Positions 50,825 to 64,000 are shown, counted from the stretch's first letter. The stretch is DNA of 64,000 nucleotides from Protoeuglena noctilucae (GCA_958009085.1 OY253672.1:434001-498000), one strand, 5' to 3'. Numbers and translations are program-made. The notes: generated by a model from the letters alone, not told the origin.

Positions 50825-52663
50825 CTATGCGGGTCCAGCCGAAAGGCTTGCGCGTTCCCGCTCTCTGCTCTCGTCTTGTGCCCTCCATGCACTGGCCAGG
50901 AAGCTCCCCATGAGCGAGTGCACGCATGCGGAGATGGCGCATGGCACGGCGGCCAGGGGGCCGATGTGCACGGTGGATAGCACGGCGCCCAGCGTCGAGT
51001 TCTGCAAAGGCAATGCAAGATTGGGGCACTTGTGTGTACAAAGCACTTGTTAGCAAGCAAGCCATGCGAGTGTGATGTGCGTGGCAGACAGCACTGCGTT
51101 CTGTTAGGACAGCCGATGGGTACACGGCACTTAGCTAGAGCAATTGAAGGCACCACCAGACCCTCAGTCACTAGACTGGTGACTAGTCTGACTCTGGACT
51201 AGTCACTCGCCTGCATGCCGACCTCGATGGCATTGGTGCCCATACATGGACCCTTCCCCACTCGCCTGCATGCCGACCTCGATGGAGTTGGTGCGGCACG
51301 TGCGCTCGTCCTGCCCCAGCACCCTCGACAGGAGGTAACCCAGCAGGAACCCACCCCCGTGCAGCAGCAGCAGGGCAGCCATCAGAGCAGGGCCGGCGGA
51401 GAGAGCGCCGGCTGCGTTGTTGGCAATCACGCTGCGGGTGCGGTGGGGAGAGGTGGAGGCATGTCGTGGCAAATTGAGTGCTGCTTTGTGCAGGCGACTG
51501 GGTGCGACGGTGTTAGAGAAAGTAAGGATCGATGGCAGCTGCGTGGCCTGGATATGATGGGAGCATTGACGAGAGTGATAACAGAGTAACCGACAACCCT
51601 CACCTGGAGGTGATGAGGGCGATGACGAGGGTGGCGAGGGGCGGCGCGACGGTGGAGATGGATGCGATGATCTTTGGCGCGGTGGTGTTGAGGAGCAGTC
51701 CCAGCGCGGTCGGCAGGAGCACCACGGCCACGATGTCTTTCAACAGCGCCCAGGCGTCGATGGGGACGAGCGTGCCTGCCAGTGCCTGCGTCAGAAACGG
51801 CGTGACGACCGCGGCCGATACGGTGCTGGTGAGGGTCATGGCCACGCTCAGCGCCACGTCGGCGCCAGCGATGAACGTCACCACGTTGCTGCGACAACGG
51901 AGGGGGTGCAGGGGGTGCGATGGAGTCAGATGAGGTAGCATCAGCCAGCAGTGTTGAGTCGTAGACAGCACACAGTTGCATCGACGTTGCATCAAACACA
52001 GTCGCATCACCCGCAGCTGCCTCACCTGGCCGTGCCCCCAGGGCAGCACGCGACCACGACCAGCCCCGCCGCGACTTGAGGGTGCAGGCGGAACGCCCGG
52101 GAGAGGGCGAACCCCAGCAGCGGCATGATGGTGTACCTGCATGGATCATTGAGTGAGCGAGGGCGGGATCTGAGATCTCCACAGGTAACGCGAAGCCATG
52201 CTGGTTGTCCCTGACATGCCCGTGCCACTCACTGGAGCACGGCCCCCAGCGCCACCTTCCCCGGCCGCTCGGCCACCTCGCGGAAATCCGAGACCTTCAG
52301 CGTCAGGCCCATCGCGAGCATCGTCGCGCCGAGCGAGTAGACGACGCAGGGGCCGCGGAACCACGACAGCGCGGCGGGCTGCCACAATGCAAAGGCGACG
52401 CCGGCGAACGTCCACAGCGGGAAGAGGTTTGCGACCCTGCCGCACACGTCCTCCAGGGTAGATGGAGCTGGTGATTTGGACGACGGACAGCGCGGCATCT
52501 CGCGAGGCCGTGGGGCTTCCCGCGAGCTTCGCAGGAGAGGGGCATCCCGGGCTGGTCGTGCATGCGGCACGGCCGCAGCCAGGGGCCGCGGGAACCGGCT
52601 GCGCGAGGCATATGGCCTCGCACAAGAAGGTATGCTCGCAATCGCCGGCGCTAGACCCGGCAT
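50825..52663 (-). CDS. Bile acid:sodium symporter family (plastid BASS1/2-like)
   Basis: MLAMGLTL, QYTIMPLLG, CCPGGTASNVVTFIA, SVAMT and SIEVGMQNS, with a transit-like N-terminus. Confidence 0.93.
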
Positions 52664-53258
52664 CGCGGCAGAAGCTCGCGAGCAGTGCGCAACGGCAAGA
52701 GTCGAAGTGTATTCCCGCGACGCTTTCGACGATCAGCGACCCAGCACGCTGCTGCCAGCTCGGTAGGTGTGGATTTGTGAGGCATTGTGCTCAACGGGAC
52801 CGATTGGCTGCTGAGTGGGTCAAAGCTTCTGACAGAGCAATGACAAACGACGACGAGGGCCTCTGACCCTCCGACCGGCTCGCAGTCTCAAAAGATTTCT
52901 CATAAGACAGCGTACATTCGTGCAGCTGGGACCTCACCGTGCCCCAAAAAGGAGAAGTTGCTCACAGGCGGGGGAAAAGGCCATTCCTGGCGCGCTATCG
53001 GCGGCAACTGGCCCGAAGGTGTGCATGGTTGCTCTGAATGATATCAGCGAGCGTGATCCCGAGACCGATTGGTGCGCTGCGGCTCCTCGAGCTCTCCCCG
53101 CTTGGAACCCTTTTCCCCACATTCGTACCCGTGGCCGGCCCCCGCGCGCCCACGTCGTGCCCGTGGGCCCGCTTTCTCGCATCGACGAACTCCCCCTCTG
53201 CCCACGTCTGCCGTCGCGAGTGCCATTCCCGCCAAAAAGCGCTGCTGAGTCTGCGCAG

Positions 53259-56118
53259 ATGTCGGGGGGCACGACCACCGTCCCCAGTGAGATGGCCCCC
53301 CTCTTGGAGGTGTTCCGCTCATACAACAGTTTCGGTCGGAAGGGAGACGCGGACCACATGGACGGAAGGTGCGCAGGCTGAGAGCTGGGCCCTGCGTAGA
53401 GAGCACGAGACGCTGCGGCGCCGCGTGCGGGCCGTCTGATACCCCCCTCGCTCTCCTCTCTCAGGACATTTGCGAAGCTCTGCAAGGAAAACAACCTTCT
53501 GGTCCCTCCGCTCCTCCCGACAGGTGGAAACCCCGCCATGTGCTTGTGGGAAAACGCTGCGCCAGCCACGCTCCGCATCAAGAGAGCCCTTGGCTTCCCC
53601 GCCGCGCAGACGCCGACCTCCTCTTCTCCTCCGTCATCCCTACGCCTGCCACCAAGCAGATCAACTTCAACTTGTTTGTGAAGGCCATTGACAAGCTCGC
53701 CGACCGTGCCCAGGGCAAGCTCGGTACGACCAAGAACGTCATTGAGGCCATCGTCAAGAACGGCGGGCCCAAGTCATCCGGTGAGTAGCCTGGCATGCAC
53801 GTGGGGGCACTGCGAACGCTGCGTCAACGGCGCATGTCACGATTGCTGAGAGGTGCACGAGGCTCGCCCCATGCTGCCGTGCTATGCAGGGACCAACCCG
53901 GAGGCGACGCGTTTCCACGACGACAAGTCCGCTTACACGGTGAGTTTGAATATGACGCACCTGGCTGCAACACGTCATGGCTGAGACACTCCACCTTCGC
54001 CTGCCCACCACCCACCATGTACCCACACCGTTACTTGGCCATCTCCCGCGGCGCAGGGCGTGCACAAGAACCGACCCGGAAACATCGACGCCCCCGACAA
54101 GCCCCTGCCCTCGAGCACGCCCTCCCAGCCGTCCATCGTTCAGACGCAGGCGCTCCTGCAGCGCCGCGCGTCGTTGCGCGCCAACCTCGACAAGGACAAG
54201 GAGGTGAGGGAGAGAGACCGGCACACACACGGACACATGCATTGCCATCCTCGACAAGGACAAGGAGGTGAGGACAAGGAGGGCGACACCGGCACACGCA
54301 CCGACATGCGCATTGGCACCAGCGGCCCCCGCACCCCACACCTGCACCGACACTCGCACCAGCACCCGCACCCTAACTCCTGCACTTACAGTAGTACTAC
54401 AGTCGCCTCTGAACCCACTCTACCATCCCCTGCCACAGGTGGATTTGGAGGAGCTGTTCACGACGTACTGCAACATCGGCAAGCGCCGGGACCAGACGTA
54501 CAAGATCATGGACAGCCGGGGCTTCCAGCACCTGTTGCGGGACGTGGGGGTCATCGGCAAGGGCTTCACGCAGGTCGACGCGGACCTGGTCTTCAGCAGC
54601 GTCCTTGTCCCGGGGGACAAGACCTGCACGTTCTCGCAGTTCACCTCGGCCCTGGAGCGCGTGGCGCAGCGGACCAAGGACTACGCCGACGTCGACGACC
54701 TCTCCGCCAGAATTGTGGCGCAGTACAAGGAGAACGGGGGGCCCATCCTCACGGGCACGCAGGCCGAGGTGCGTGCGGGGGCTTGCGGGGAACACAAGCG
54801 CTGAGCGCCGCTGCCGACGTGTGCGGGTAGTGGTTATGTCAGCGGGTCTCAACCACTCATTCGGTCGGGTGTGCCCATGGATTCGTGCATATTGGACCCA
54901 ACATGCGCTGGCATCTTGCTCTACGCAGTACACGCGGTGGCACGACGACAAGTCGACGTTCACGGGCGTGCACGCGGACAAGCACGGCGTGCCGCTGGAG
55001 AAGCGGCTGTCCGGGAGCATCAAGGAGACGAGCGTGTCGGCCGCCCCGGCCCCCGCGCCCGTCAAGAAGGCGTCTTCAAAGCTCATGGGCAAGACCTCCT
55101 CGTTCGTGGCCAGGTCGCAGGCGGCGATCAAGCCCGTGCCCCCCGAATTCCTGCCCCTCAAGGCGAGCCCAGGCGTGCATGCAAGAGCGGTGGGGGTACC
55201 ACAGCACCTCGCACGGACGCACGCGCCTGAGCTCTGGCCTGCTGTGTGCGCTTGGTCCTGCAGGCCGTGTTCGAGGCCTACAACTCTTTTGGCGGCAAGA
55301 AGGACATGGCCAACATGGACGGCCGCACCTTCGCCAAGTTCTGCAAGGTGAGCGGCATGCCGCCCGTGGCTGGCAAAGCCATGACTCTGAGGTGTAGATG
55401 AGAGGTGCAGATGAGGTGTAAATGACATAAGCATACGCGCTGAAAGGACTTCGTGAGGACTGCGTGGCTCGCAGGACCAGAAGCTGCTGGTGAAGCCCAT
55501 GCTCCCGACCGACTGCGACCTGGTCTTCGCGGAGGTGCTGACGGTGCCAGGGCAGAAGAAGATCGAGGTGAGTGCTTTGACCAAGTTACATAGTCATTGC
55601 TGCGTCCAGCTGCGGCCTGAGATCCGCGCACCGCTTGCTCGCACAAGCACAGTTCCGGGAGTTCATCTTTGCACTGGAGAAGGTCAACGGGCGGGCCAAG
55701 GGCAAGCTGGGGTCCATGGAGGACATGGTGACGAACATCCTGGTAAGAGAGGCGGGGGCTAGGGGCTCTCGCCGCGTCGTGCCTTTGCGCGGGGAAGGCA
55801 GCACTCGCCCGCGCTCCCACGCAGACCACGTTCAAGGAGACGGGAGGGCCTTCGTCCACTGGCACGGTGGCGCAGCCGAACAAGTTCCACGATGATAAGG
55901 ACCTGTACACGGGTGAGCGATCGGGAGCGGTCGAGTCGGCCACGAACGCGAGCGTCGACGGGGAAGCGACCGCATCAGTGCCTCAGCGCCTCCTCTCCAC
56001 CTGCGCGCAGGCGTGCACAAGAACGGGGGCCCCACGACCGTGGATACGGGCACGTCCGACTTGAAGTTCATCACCAACCGCGCCCCGGCGGACGTGCGCG
56101 GCGTCAACCAGGCGTGAT
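53259..56118 (+). CDS. Three-domain TPPP/p25-alpha protein
   Basis: Three units, each with MD[GS]RxF..DxDLxF..HDDKxx[YF]TGVH, joined by in-frame GT/GC-AG splices. Ends ADVRGVNQA*. Confidence 0.85.
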
Positions 56119-56567
56119 AACTAGCCTCTGAGGGGCACGGCTGAATTCGCCGGCCCGCACATTCGTGATTGTACTTAAAAGTTCCTCCCACGCTTGCATG
56201 TCGCCGGTCACTCGGAGCAGGGACTGGCAGACGCAATTGCTGCAGCACACGCGTGGCACCCGACCGTTGAACGAGCTGAGCTCGGCCAGCGCGACCACAG
56301 TCATTCGACAGCACGAGTACGTACCGATCGTGGACGCGTCCGCTTCCCTCGCGCACCCAGCAGGCAGGTGAGTCGTTTTGCTCCGCTGCGCCTATCCAGG
56401 CAACGTGGCGGCCCAGACGCCTGCGATTGCGTCGCATCTTACGTATCGAGAGGCTGCCGCGGAGCAAAGAAGGGTCGCGCGCGATGGGAGACGCTGCATC
56501 GGCCCGTTTAACCTCCGCAGTTCCGAACCGCTCTCCCGCGCCCCGCGCCCACCCCGAATCGTACGCC

Positions 56568-57683
56568 ATGCCGCTGCCGCAACCGGCGAAGGTAAGCAAG
56601 CCGCTCGTGGCCCCGACGCGGTGCATGCGTGCTCCCCGGTGCCGCTCCAGCTGGCACCTGCCAAGGGTCGCCCCGCGGCGCTCCCGCGAACCCCTTCGGC
56701 CTTTCTCGGTGTTGTTTGCGCAAGCGGCATATCAAAGGCGCATAACACCTTCCCACCGCCCCAGGCGCCCTCAAGGCGGGTCCCGGCCGAGTACCAGCCC
56801 CTGCGTGCGATGTTCGAGCAGTACAATTCGTTCGGAGGCAAGAAGGACGCGGCCAACATGGACGGCCGCACCTTCGCCAAGTTCTGCAAGGTGAGGAGCT
56901 GTTGTATCGCGCAAGCAGCCGCAGGTTCGGCCGTCCACGAGCGGCAGTGCCCAGGCAGGCATGTGTGACCTGGCACGCAGGACCACAAGCTGCTGGTGAA
57001 GCCCATGCTCCCCACGGACTGTGACCTGGTGTTCGCGGAGGTGGTCTCGACGCCCGGACAGAAGAAGATCGAGGTGGGCTTGCGTGCAGTCGCCCCGCGC
57101 ATGTGACACCCCTTCCCTTGTGGTTGAATGACACCACCGACTGTTGCCTCGCCGTGCGTCTCTTGCAGTTCGGCGACTTCATTACCGCCCTGGAGCGCGT
57201 CAACACCCGCGCCAAGGGCAACTTGGGCACCATGCAAGAGATGGTGGCCAAGATCCTGGTAAGTGTGCGCCTGTGGTTTAATCTCAAGCAAAATACCCCG
57301 CTCTCTGTGTGGACTTACACGCGTTGCTTCCTGCTATTGTCTATTAAGTGTCTAGTTGGAACCCTAACAACCTGCCAACGCAGGCCGCGGAGGGCGGGCC
57401 TTCCAACACGGGCACCGTCGCCGAGGCGAACAAGTTCCACGACGACAAGGACCTCTACACGGGTGCGTGACATGCGTGGACGACCAGAGAGATTGACTGC
57501 TTGTGACTACTTGACGACTTCTGTTGTGAACAAAAGTGCTGGGTGTGGCCTCACCAGCCGCCTCTCCCGTGCGCAGGCGTCCACAAGAACGGCGGCCCCA
57601 CGACCGTCGACACGGGCACGTCCGACCTGAAGTTCATCACCAACCGCGCCCCGGCAAACGTGCGCGGCATCAACATGGCCTGA
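56568..57683 (+). CDS. Single-domain TPPP/p25-alpha protein, tandem paralog of domain 3 of the upstream gene
   Basis: MPLPQPAK|..YNSFGGKKDAANMDGRTFAKFCK..FHDDKDLYTGVHKNGGPTTVD..ANVRGINMA*. Confidence 0.88.
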
Positions 57684-57791
57684 GCGGCGGTGCCAATGCA
57701 GCTGCTCGCAAGCCCTAGTCACGCTTAGCATGTGCAATTTTCGATGGACGCCGGTGCCTTGATAGACGCGACTGCGATAGCCCTAAAAGAC

Positions 57792-59126
57792 CTAGTACTC
57801 GACGCCGTCCCTGTGCATGTGGACGCTCTGGTTGACGCTCTTGATCATAGGCTCGCGATCCTCATTGATCCGCACGACGCAAATGCCGCCGTTGTTCACA
57901 TCCAGAGCACGGAAGCCCTTCGTGCTGAGACCCATGGCCTGGTCGCGCACAGAAGCAAAGTTCGCGTTAGGTTTCGCCGTGAGCGAGAATCAGCGCGCGA
58001 AGCGTCGTGCATATCCTCCGTCACAAACGTGCAGCACGCAGTCAGGCATGCAGTCACTGTCGTTGCCCCCGGCCTGCTCACCGTGCACAGCATCGCCCGC
58101 AGGATGCTCTTGTGCGTCACGACGAGGTGCTGCTGCCCCGGGGCGCTGACCAGCGTCGCCCACGCCCGGGTCGATTGCTCAAACACCTCCGCGATCGGCC
58201 ACCTGAAGCGAACGAGCAAACGACGATCGTCGCATGTTGATGCTATCGCCCGATCGCAGACCCGGCCCTTGATATACCCCGCACCGCACCTGCCGTCGAG
58301 GCAGAGCGCCTCCGGTTGGGTGCGCCAGGTCTTGTAGAGCTCCGGGTACTGCTCCGCTGCGTCCGCGTTGAACATGCCCTGCAGCAGACCCAGATTGGCC
58401 TCCTGCAGGTCCGGGAGCTCGATCAGCGGCCCCGGACGGCCCTCCCACACGATCTCCGCAAATCGCTTGGCACGGACGATGGGCGACGTGAAGCAGCTGT
58501 CGAAGGGATGGTTGGCCAGCGCGGCGCGGCAGCGTGCAGCCTGCTCCTCGCCAACCTTCGTCAGCTGCGCGCATCGAATGAGGGGAATGGTGGCGACGGC
58601 GGTGGGCGTCTTACACCTGATGCATACAGACTGGCCCACTGCACGCTGCGGGCTCGCCGGAGCGGCGCGAGGGCTCACGTGAGACAGGTTCGAGTTGCCT
58701 TGGATGCGGGACTCGGCGTTCCATTCGGACAGCCCGTGGCGGACGAGGTAAATGGTCTTGGGCCCCGGGAGCCGCTCCCCGTCCCCCAAAGCGAGGCCCG
58801 ACCCGCTGCTGGGGAGCCCGTCGGTCCCTCCTGTGTAGAACGGTGTCCTATACGCAAGATGCTCGCCGGAACCGGCGGTTCCCTTGCCAGCTCGGGCGCA
58901 CAGAGTCGAAATTCGCTGCAGGGGAGAATCGGGATGGTTGTTAGGCCCACGTCCGCGGTGGAGAGCCTTCGCAGGGAATCTGGGTGCGCTTCCCAGGCAT
59001 TATACAGTAACCTCTTACGGCCAGTCGGCGTGCCGTGCCGTGCCAGTCGCCCGTCACCCGGGGATGCGGGAAGCAAACCAGGCAGCCCGTGGGCGCGCCG
59101 TGGGCGACGACCGCGACGCGCTGCAT
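57792..59126 (-). CDS. Histidine phosphatase/phosphoglycerate mutase family (CA1P-phosphatase-like)
   Basis: LVRHGLSEWNAESRIQG, SPIVRA, LQEANLG and LVVTHKSILRA. Start is inferred. Confidence 0.88.
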
Positions 59127-59689
59127 TGCCCCCCGATCGAGACGTGATGATGATGGCAAGGTGCGATGGGCTAGGGTGTGACGTGGCGCCTCCGTTGGTC
59201 CGTGCATGCGCAACGCAAGGGCGAGCATCTAACACCTAGTAGCAGCGCATCCAAGGCCCCTCGACTTTGTCCCGGTTACCGATGGCAGCCTTGATGTCGA
59301 TTTTGAGCAATCGACGCCGCTGACAGGGTCCCTGGCCTTTCGTCGGCCTGCCGGCTCTGACGTGCTAGGGCAGACCGAATTGAGACGCGCTGGTTGATGT
59401 CCTGCCCGCGCAAGCGCAGTGCGGGCAAGTGACGGATCTCACCCGTCACATCGGCGGCCCAGGATGAGCAGTCTCGCCAGCCAGGCGCGGGCAGCCGGGC
59501 CAGGCGCCGCGCAGAGCCCGCGCCAAGCGCTCGCCCACCCGCTTGCGAATCGACGTGATTATGCCTTTGCGAAGACGCCGTCGAGGCGGCCCTCGTGCTC
59601 TGCCGTGACTCGGGACGCGGGAAACGCAGCGACAGGTGCGAATGGGGCGATATTCGAGGGTGCGGCGAAGAGACGAAGCCGATTTGTTC

Positions 59690-62600
59690 ATGTCGAAGGA
59701 GTGGAGGGCCGTCTCGGGCCCTAACCACGCTGTCCTTGCTGTCCCTGTCGCTTCAGCTGCCCCGGTCCCCCGCCGCCTGGCTGGAGCGCCTGTCCGCATT
59801 TCAGTATATGCAAGGTAGAATTGGTGGCATTAGCATTCTGGATTCGTCCAGTGATGGCTCAGTTTTGGCTCGAGCGTCGCGCGGGGGCCTTTGGTATCCA
59901 TGCGCTGGCCGGGGGCGTCGTCCGCGCCGGCGCAGGGCAGGGAGGCCCCGCCGCACTTGCTGCTAGCCAGATACTGCACGTCCGCGAGCAACAGACGCTG
60001 TCGCACCTTCATCCGCGCCGCAGCCGTGGAGGTACGCTACGGCGAGCGTCTTCGCAGTCAGGACGCCTACCATGCCATGCACCGCATGTCTCTGGAGGAG
60101 CCGGACGACTTCTGGGTGAGTTTGCTGTTCTCTCGCGTCCGGGGCGTCGGCGCGGCGGGGAGACGCATGCAGCGACAGCGCGGGCCTCATCCGTGGATTG
60201 CGCAGGCGGGCATTGCCGAGGCCTTCCACTGGAAGCGCAAGTGGGCGGGTCCCGTGTGCGAGTACAACTACGACACCAGCAAGGGCCCTATTTTCATCAA
60301 ATGGTTCCAGGGGGCGCAGACGAACGTCTGCTACAACGCGCTGGACAGGTCGGGCCCCACCGCCGCGCGCATCCTGCCCGCGCCGCTCGCCGCGCCCCGT
60401 ATTCGCGAGCCAGAGGCCCGCTGCGGCACGCAGACACGTCGAGGCGGGCAAGGGCGACCAGGTGGCCTTCTATTTCGAGGGCAACGAGCCGGGGCAGTCG
60501 CACACCAGTGAGGCAGCCAAGCCTCATTACCTGCCCGCCTGGCCGCCTCCAACTGCGCCGGTGACCGCAGCTTGTGGTCCCTCTTCCGCAGTGACCTTCC
60601 AGGAGCTCCGCGACTCGGTCTGCCAGATCGCGAACTACCTCAAGGCGCGCGGCGTGCGGCGGGGGGACAAGGTCGCCATGTACATGCCCATGGTCTGCGA
60701 GCTCCCCGCCGCAATGCTGGCTTGCGCGCGCATCGGCGCCGTCCACGCAGGCGAGGGCCGCACCCGGACAGACGCCCCGACAGGCGCCTCACGGGCTGTC
60801 CCGGCCCATGTCCCTGCGTGTGCTGTAGCTCTTACATCCCACGTAAGGACCATTCTTGAACCCCCCCTTACACTACGCAGTGGTGTTCGGCGGCTTCTCC
60901 GCCGAGGCCCTGGCGTCCCGCCTGGTGGACTCGGGTGCCCGGGTGCTGCTGACGTGCTCCGGGGTGATGCGCGGCAAGAAGCCCGTGATGCTCAAGGCCA
61001 TCGCAGACGAAGCCATGGAGATCGCGGCGAAGAAGGCGTGGAATATGCATGACTGATGTCATGTGATGTGCGACACATGAAGCGAACGCTTTGCCAGCAT
61101 GGCACGTGTTTGCTTGCAAGAGGGGTAGATGTCCGGCATCTCACCCACGCAGGGCCACACGGTCGAGCACTGTCTGACCTACGAGCACCCGGTGGTGGGC
61201 CGTGAGGGCGTGGCAATGGCGGCGGGGCGCGACGAGTGGTGGGCGGAGGCCACGGGGGGTATGCCCCGTGACTGCGAGGTGGAGTGGATGGAGGCAGAGG
61301 ACCCGCTCTTCCTGCTCTACACGTCGGGGTCGACGGGGTGAGGCGCCTGGGCAGGGGATGGCTTGCATAGTACCAGCGAGCAGTTGGGGCGACGACAAAT
61401 GCCCTGCGCTGGCGCTGACGGGGGTATGTTGGGGCTGAGTGCGAAGCGGACTGTGGTAACGATTCAATCCACGAGGGCATCTCGCCCGCAGGAAGCCCAA
61501 GGGCGTGACGCACACGACGGCGGGGTACATGGTGGGGGCCGCGACGACGTTCAAGTACGTGTTTGACTACCGAGAGGGCGACATATACTGGTGAGTATAT
61601 TCGCATGGAATGTCTCTTGCAGAGTTGTGGCAACGTCGAGCCGTGGGGAGCGCGAGTTGGCATCTCTCTCCTGCATCATTCGATTGTGCCAGTTTCAGTC
61701 TTGTTTCTGTCGCAGGTGCACGGCGGACTGCGGGTGGATCACGGGCCACAGCTATTTGACGTACGGGCCGCTCATCAATGGGGCACCGCAGGTGAGAGAT
61801 GGCAGGACTGGCCTGGGATTTCACAGAAGAGGGTAGACGAGTAGGGAGCACAGGCGCAGTAAAATAACAGCATTGATGACGGATACATGGGCAGGCAACA
61901 AGTCACACATTGCCTATATCAATCATGTGTGACCGGACCTGACATTGCACCCGCTGCTGCGTCCCACGCAGGTGATCTTCGAGGGCGTGCCGACGTACCC
62001 GGACGCCTCGCGGTGTTGGGAGATCGTGGACCGCCTGGGCGTGACCCTCTTTTACACGGCGCCCACGGCCATCCGAACACTGGAGGGGCTGGGCAGCAAG
62101 TGGCTCGAGGGGTCCAGGTGTGATGCAGAGGCCAGGACACGATGTTTTCAGTCTATTGTGCGAGTGCTCGGCGCGCGGGCTGCTGCAGCGAGCGTGGCAA
62201 GGCACGCGGTCTGCGAGTAACAAAACATCTGCTTTTTGTCACGCAGCCGCAAGTCCCTGCGGGTGCTCGGCTCCGTCGGGGAGCCCATCAACCCGGAGGC
62301 GTGGCGGTGGTACCACGACGTGGTGGGGAACGGCCAGTGCGACATCGTCGACACCTACTGGCAGACCGAGACGGGGTCGCACGTCATCACGCCACTCCCC
62401 GGCGCGTGGCAGCAGAAGCCGGGATGCGCCACGCTGGTGAGAACGTGCTTAAAAAGGGACTTGAAGTGCCCGTGCGCCGCAGGGCGTCGTTCGCTGCCGC
62501 AGCACGCCGGCCGAGCGCAGGGTGGCTGACATCAAGCCCGGACCCCTCTGCGCCCCGTTCCGCAGCCCTTCTTCGGCGTAGAGCCCGCGGTGATCGACCC

Positions 62601-63596
62601 GCAGACGGGCCGCGAGATCGAGGGGCCCGGGGAGGGCTTCCTGTGTTTCAAGCGCCCGCACCCAAGCATGATGCGCACGCTGGCGGGCGACCACGAGCGA
62701 TTCGAGGCGACCTACTTCAGCCAGTGCAAGGTGAATGCGCGGAACGCCATCTTTGCGTTAATCGCAGCCAGCTCCTGCCCGGGCGCAACATGACGCACAC
62801 CATGATCCCCAGGGTTACTACTTCACGGGCGACGGTTGCCGCCGTGACGAGGACGGCTTCTACTGGATCACCGGCCGCGTCGACGACGTGATCAACGTCT
62901 CCGGGCACCGCATCGGGACGGCGGAGGTCGAGGCGGCGCTGAACGAGCACCCCTTGGTGGCCGAGTCGGCGGTCGTGCCGATGGAGCACCCGGTGAGGCG
63001 GCGATTTTGTGCAAGCGAAACATATCATGACGCGATCATCGACTCGCGCGGGGGCTGCCATGCGCTGTCGCACCGGACTTGAGCGCTGGGTTATCTTTGC
63101 TAAGTGTGGTCGGTGTAACCCTAAGCGTAACCCACGATGCGCACCTTGGTGTCTCTCGTGCAGGTCAAGGGCCAGGGCATCTACGCGTACGTGACGCTGA
63201 TGGCCGGGAACGAGTACCCCGGTCCCGAGACGGTGAAGAAGGAGCTGGTGGCGCTGGTGCGGAAGGTGATTGGGCCGATCGCCACGCCCGACGTCGTCCA
63301 TTGGGCGCCCGGGCTGCCCAAGACGCGGTCGGGGAAGATCATGCGGCGCGTGCTGCGGAAGATCGCGAGCAAGGAGGAGGACCAGCTGGTGAGCGACGGC
63401 TTTGCACCGGGGCGCGGAGTGATGTGGCGGGAGAGCGGGGAGCATTGCGGTGTGATACGACCGCTCGGCAGGACTGCCGAGCCGCGCCGGTGTGCGATGC
63501 GACTTGCGTCTTATTTTGCTCTCATCGCAGGGGGATACGTCGACCTTGGCGGACCCGTCGGTCGTCCAGCAGCTCATCGAGCTGCGCGGTAAGTGA
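59690..63596 (+). CDS. ACS: Acetyl-CoA synthetase (AMP-forming) with an organellar-type N-terminal extension
   Basis: [62 protein letters not shown] and [12 protein letters not shown]. Confidence 0.97.
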
Positions 63597-64000
63597 TGCG
63601 GGCCTTCAGCGCGCGTATGATCCTTGGGATGAACGAGAGACGTTGCCGTCGATATCTAATGCATGTGTTATGCAGGTCCGAATGCGTGTGTGCCCTCTTT
63701 GTCGATGCGTTTTCCTCAAAGCCCGCGGGCGTGCCGCAGCGCGTGCCAGACCTTTTGTCTCTCGCCGTAACGGCTTGCGCGGTCCGTGGCTTGGCAATGA
63801 AAGAGCGTTTCTGCCGAGACGGCGGGACAGGCTGCGCGGGGCAGGGATGGGGAGCCGGAAGATCGTCACCGACGCGGCGGCAAAGCTGCTGAGGCTGCCC
63901 TCAGCGGAGCTGTTCGCCAAGGTGGGGCGGGGATTACTCTCTTGTGTTAACTAAAGTCAAGCCACTCGGCCGTGCCCGGTATCGTCGGCGTTTAGCCGAA

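Noticed and set aside
50825..63596. Metabolic gene cluster (BASS, phosphatase, ACS)
   Set aside because: Interrupted by TPPP genes and without pathway-specific linkage, so probably coincidental.
1..64000. Introner elements
   Set aside because: No shared sequence was recognised between introns of different genes. The repeats are local. An all-vs-all intron alignment was not run.

Overview
GC-rich, intron-dense eukaryotic nuclear DNA, most likely from a flagellated green alga. The basis is plastid-pathway genes (LTD, Iojap/RsfS, RsmD, BASS), a SPA-type light-signalling gene and cilia/microtubule genes (TPGS2, TPPP). About 26 spliced genes were read by hand: membrane-anchored class I phosphodiesterase, plant-type coiled-coil protein, ABCG transporter, TPGS2, Iojap, CDC23/APC8, ParB/Srx-like protein, SERF, bacterial-type Orn/Lys/Arg decarboxylase, LTD, ING, RsmD, SPA, BASS, two tandem TPPP/p25-alpha genes, a histidine phosphatase, acetyl-CoA synthetase and several hypothetical proteins. 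No RNA gene, CRISPR array or transposon was recognised. The main unusual features are: diverged copies of exon ends plus splice sites repeated inside introns, about 9 inferred GC-AG introns, 15 consecutive genes alternating strand, an in-frame TAA in an otherwise intact gene, and a 3-domain plus 1-domain TPPP pair. CDS coordinates span first to last exon and are approximate. Family calls come from recalled motifs, not database searches.
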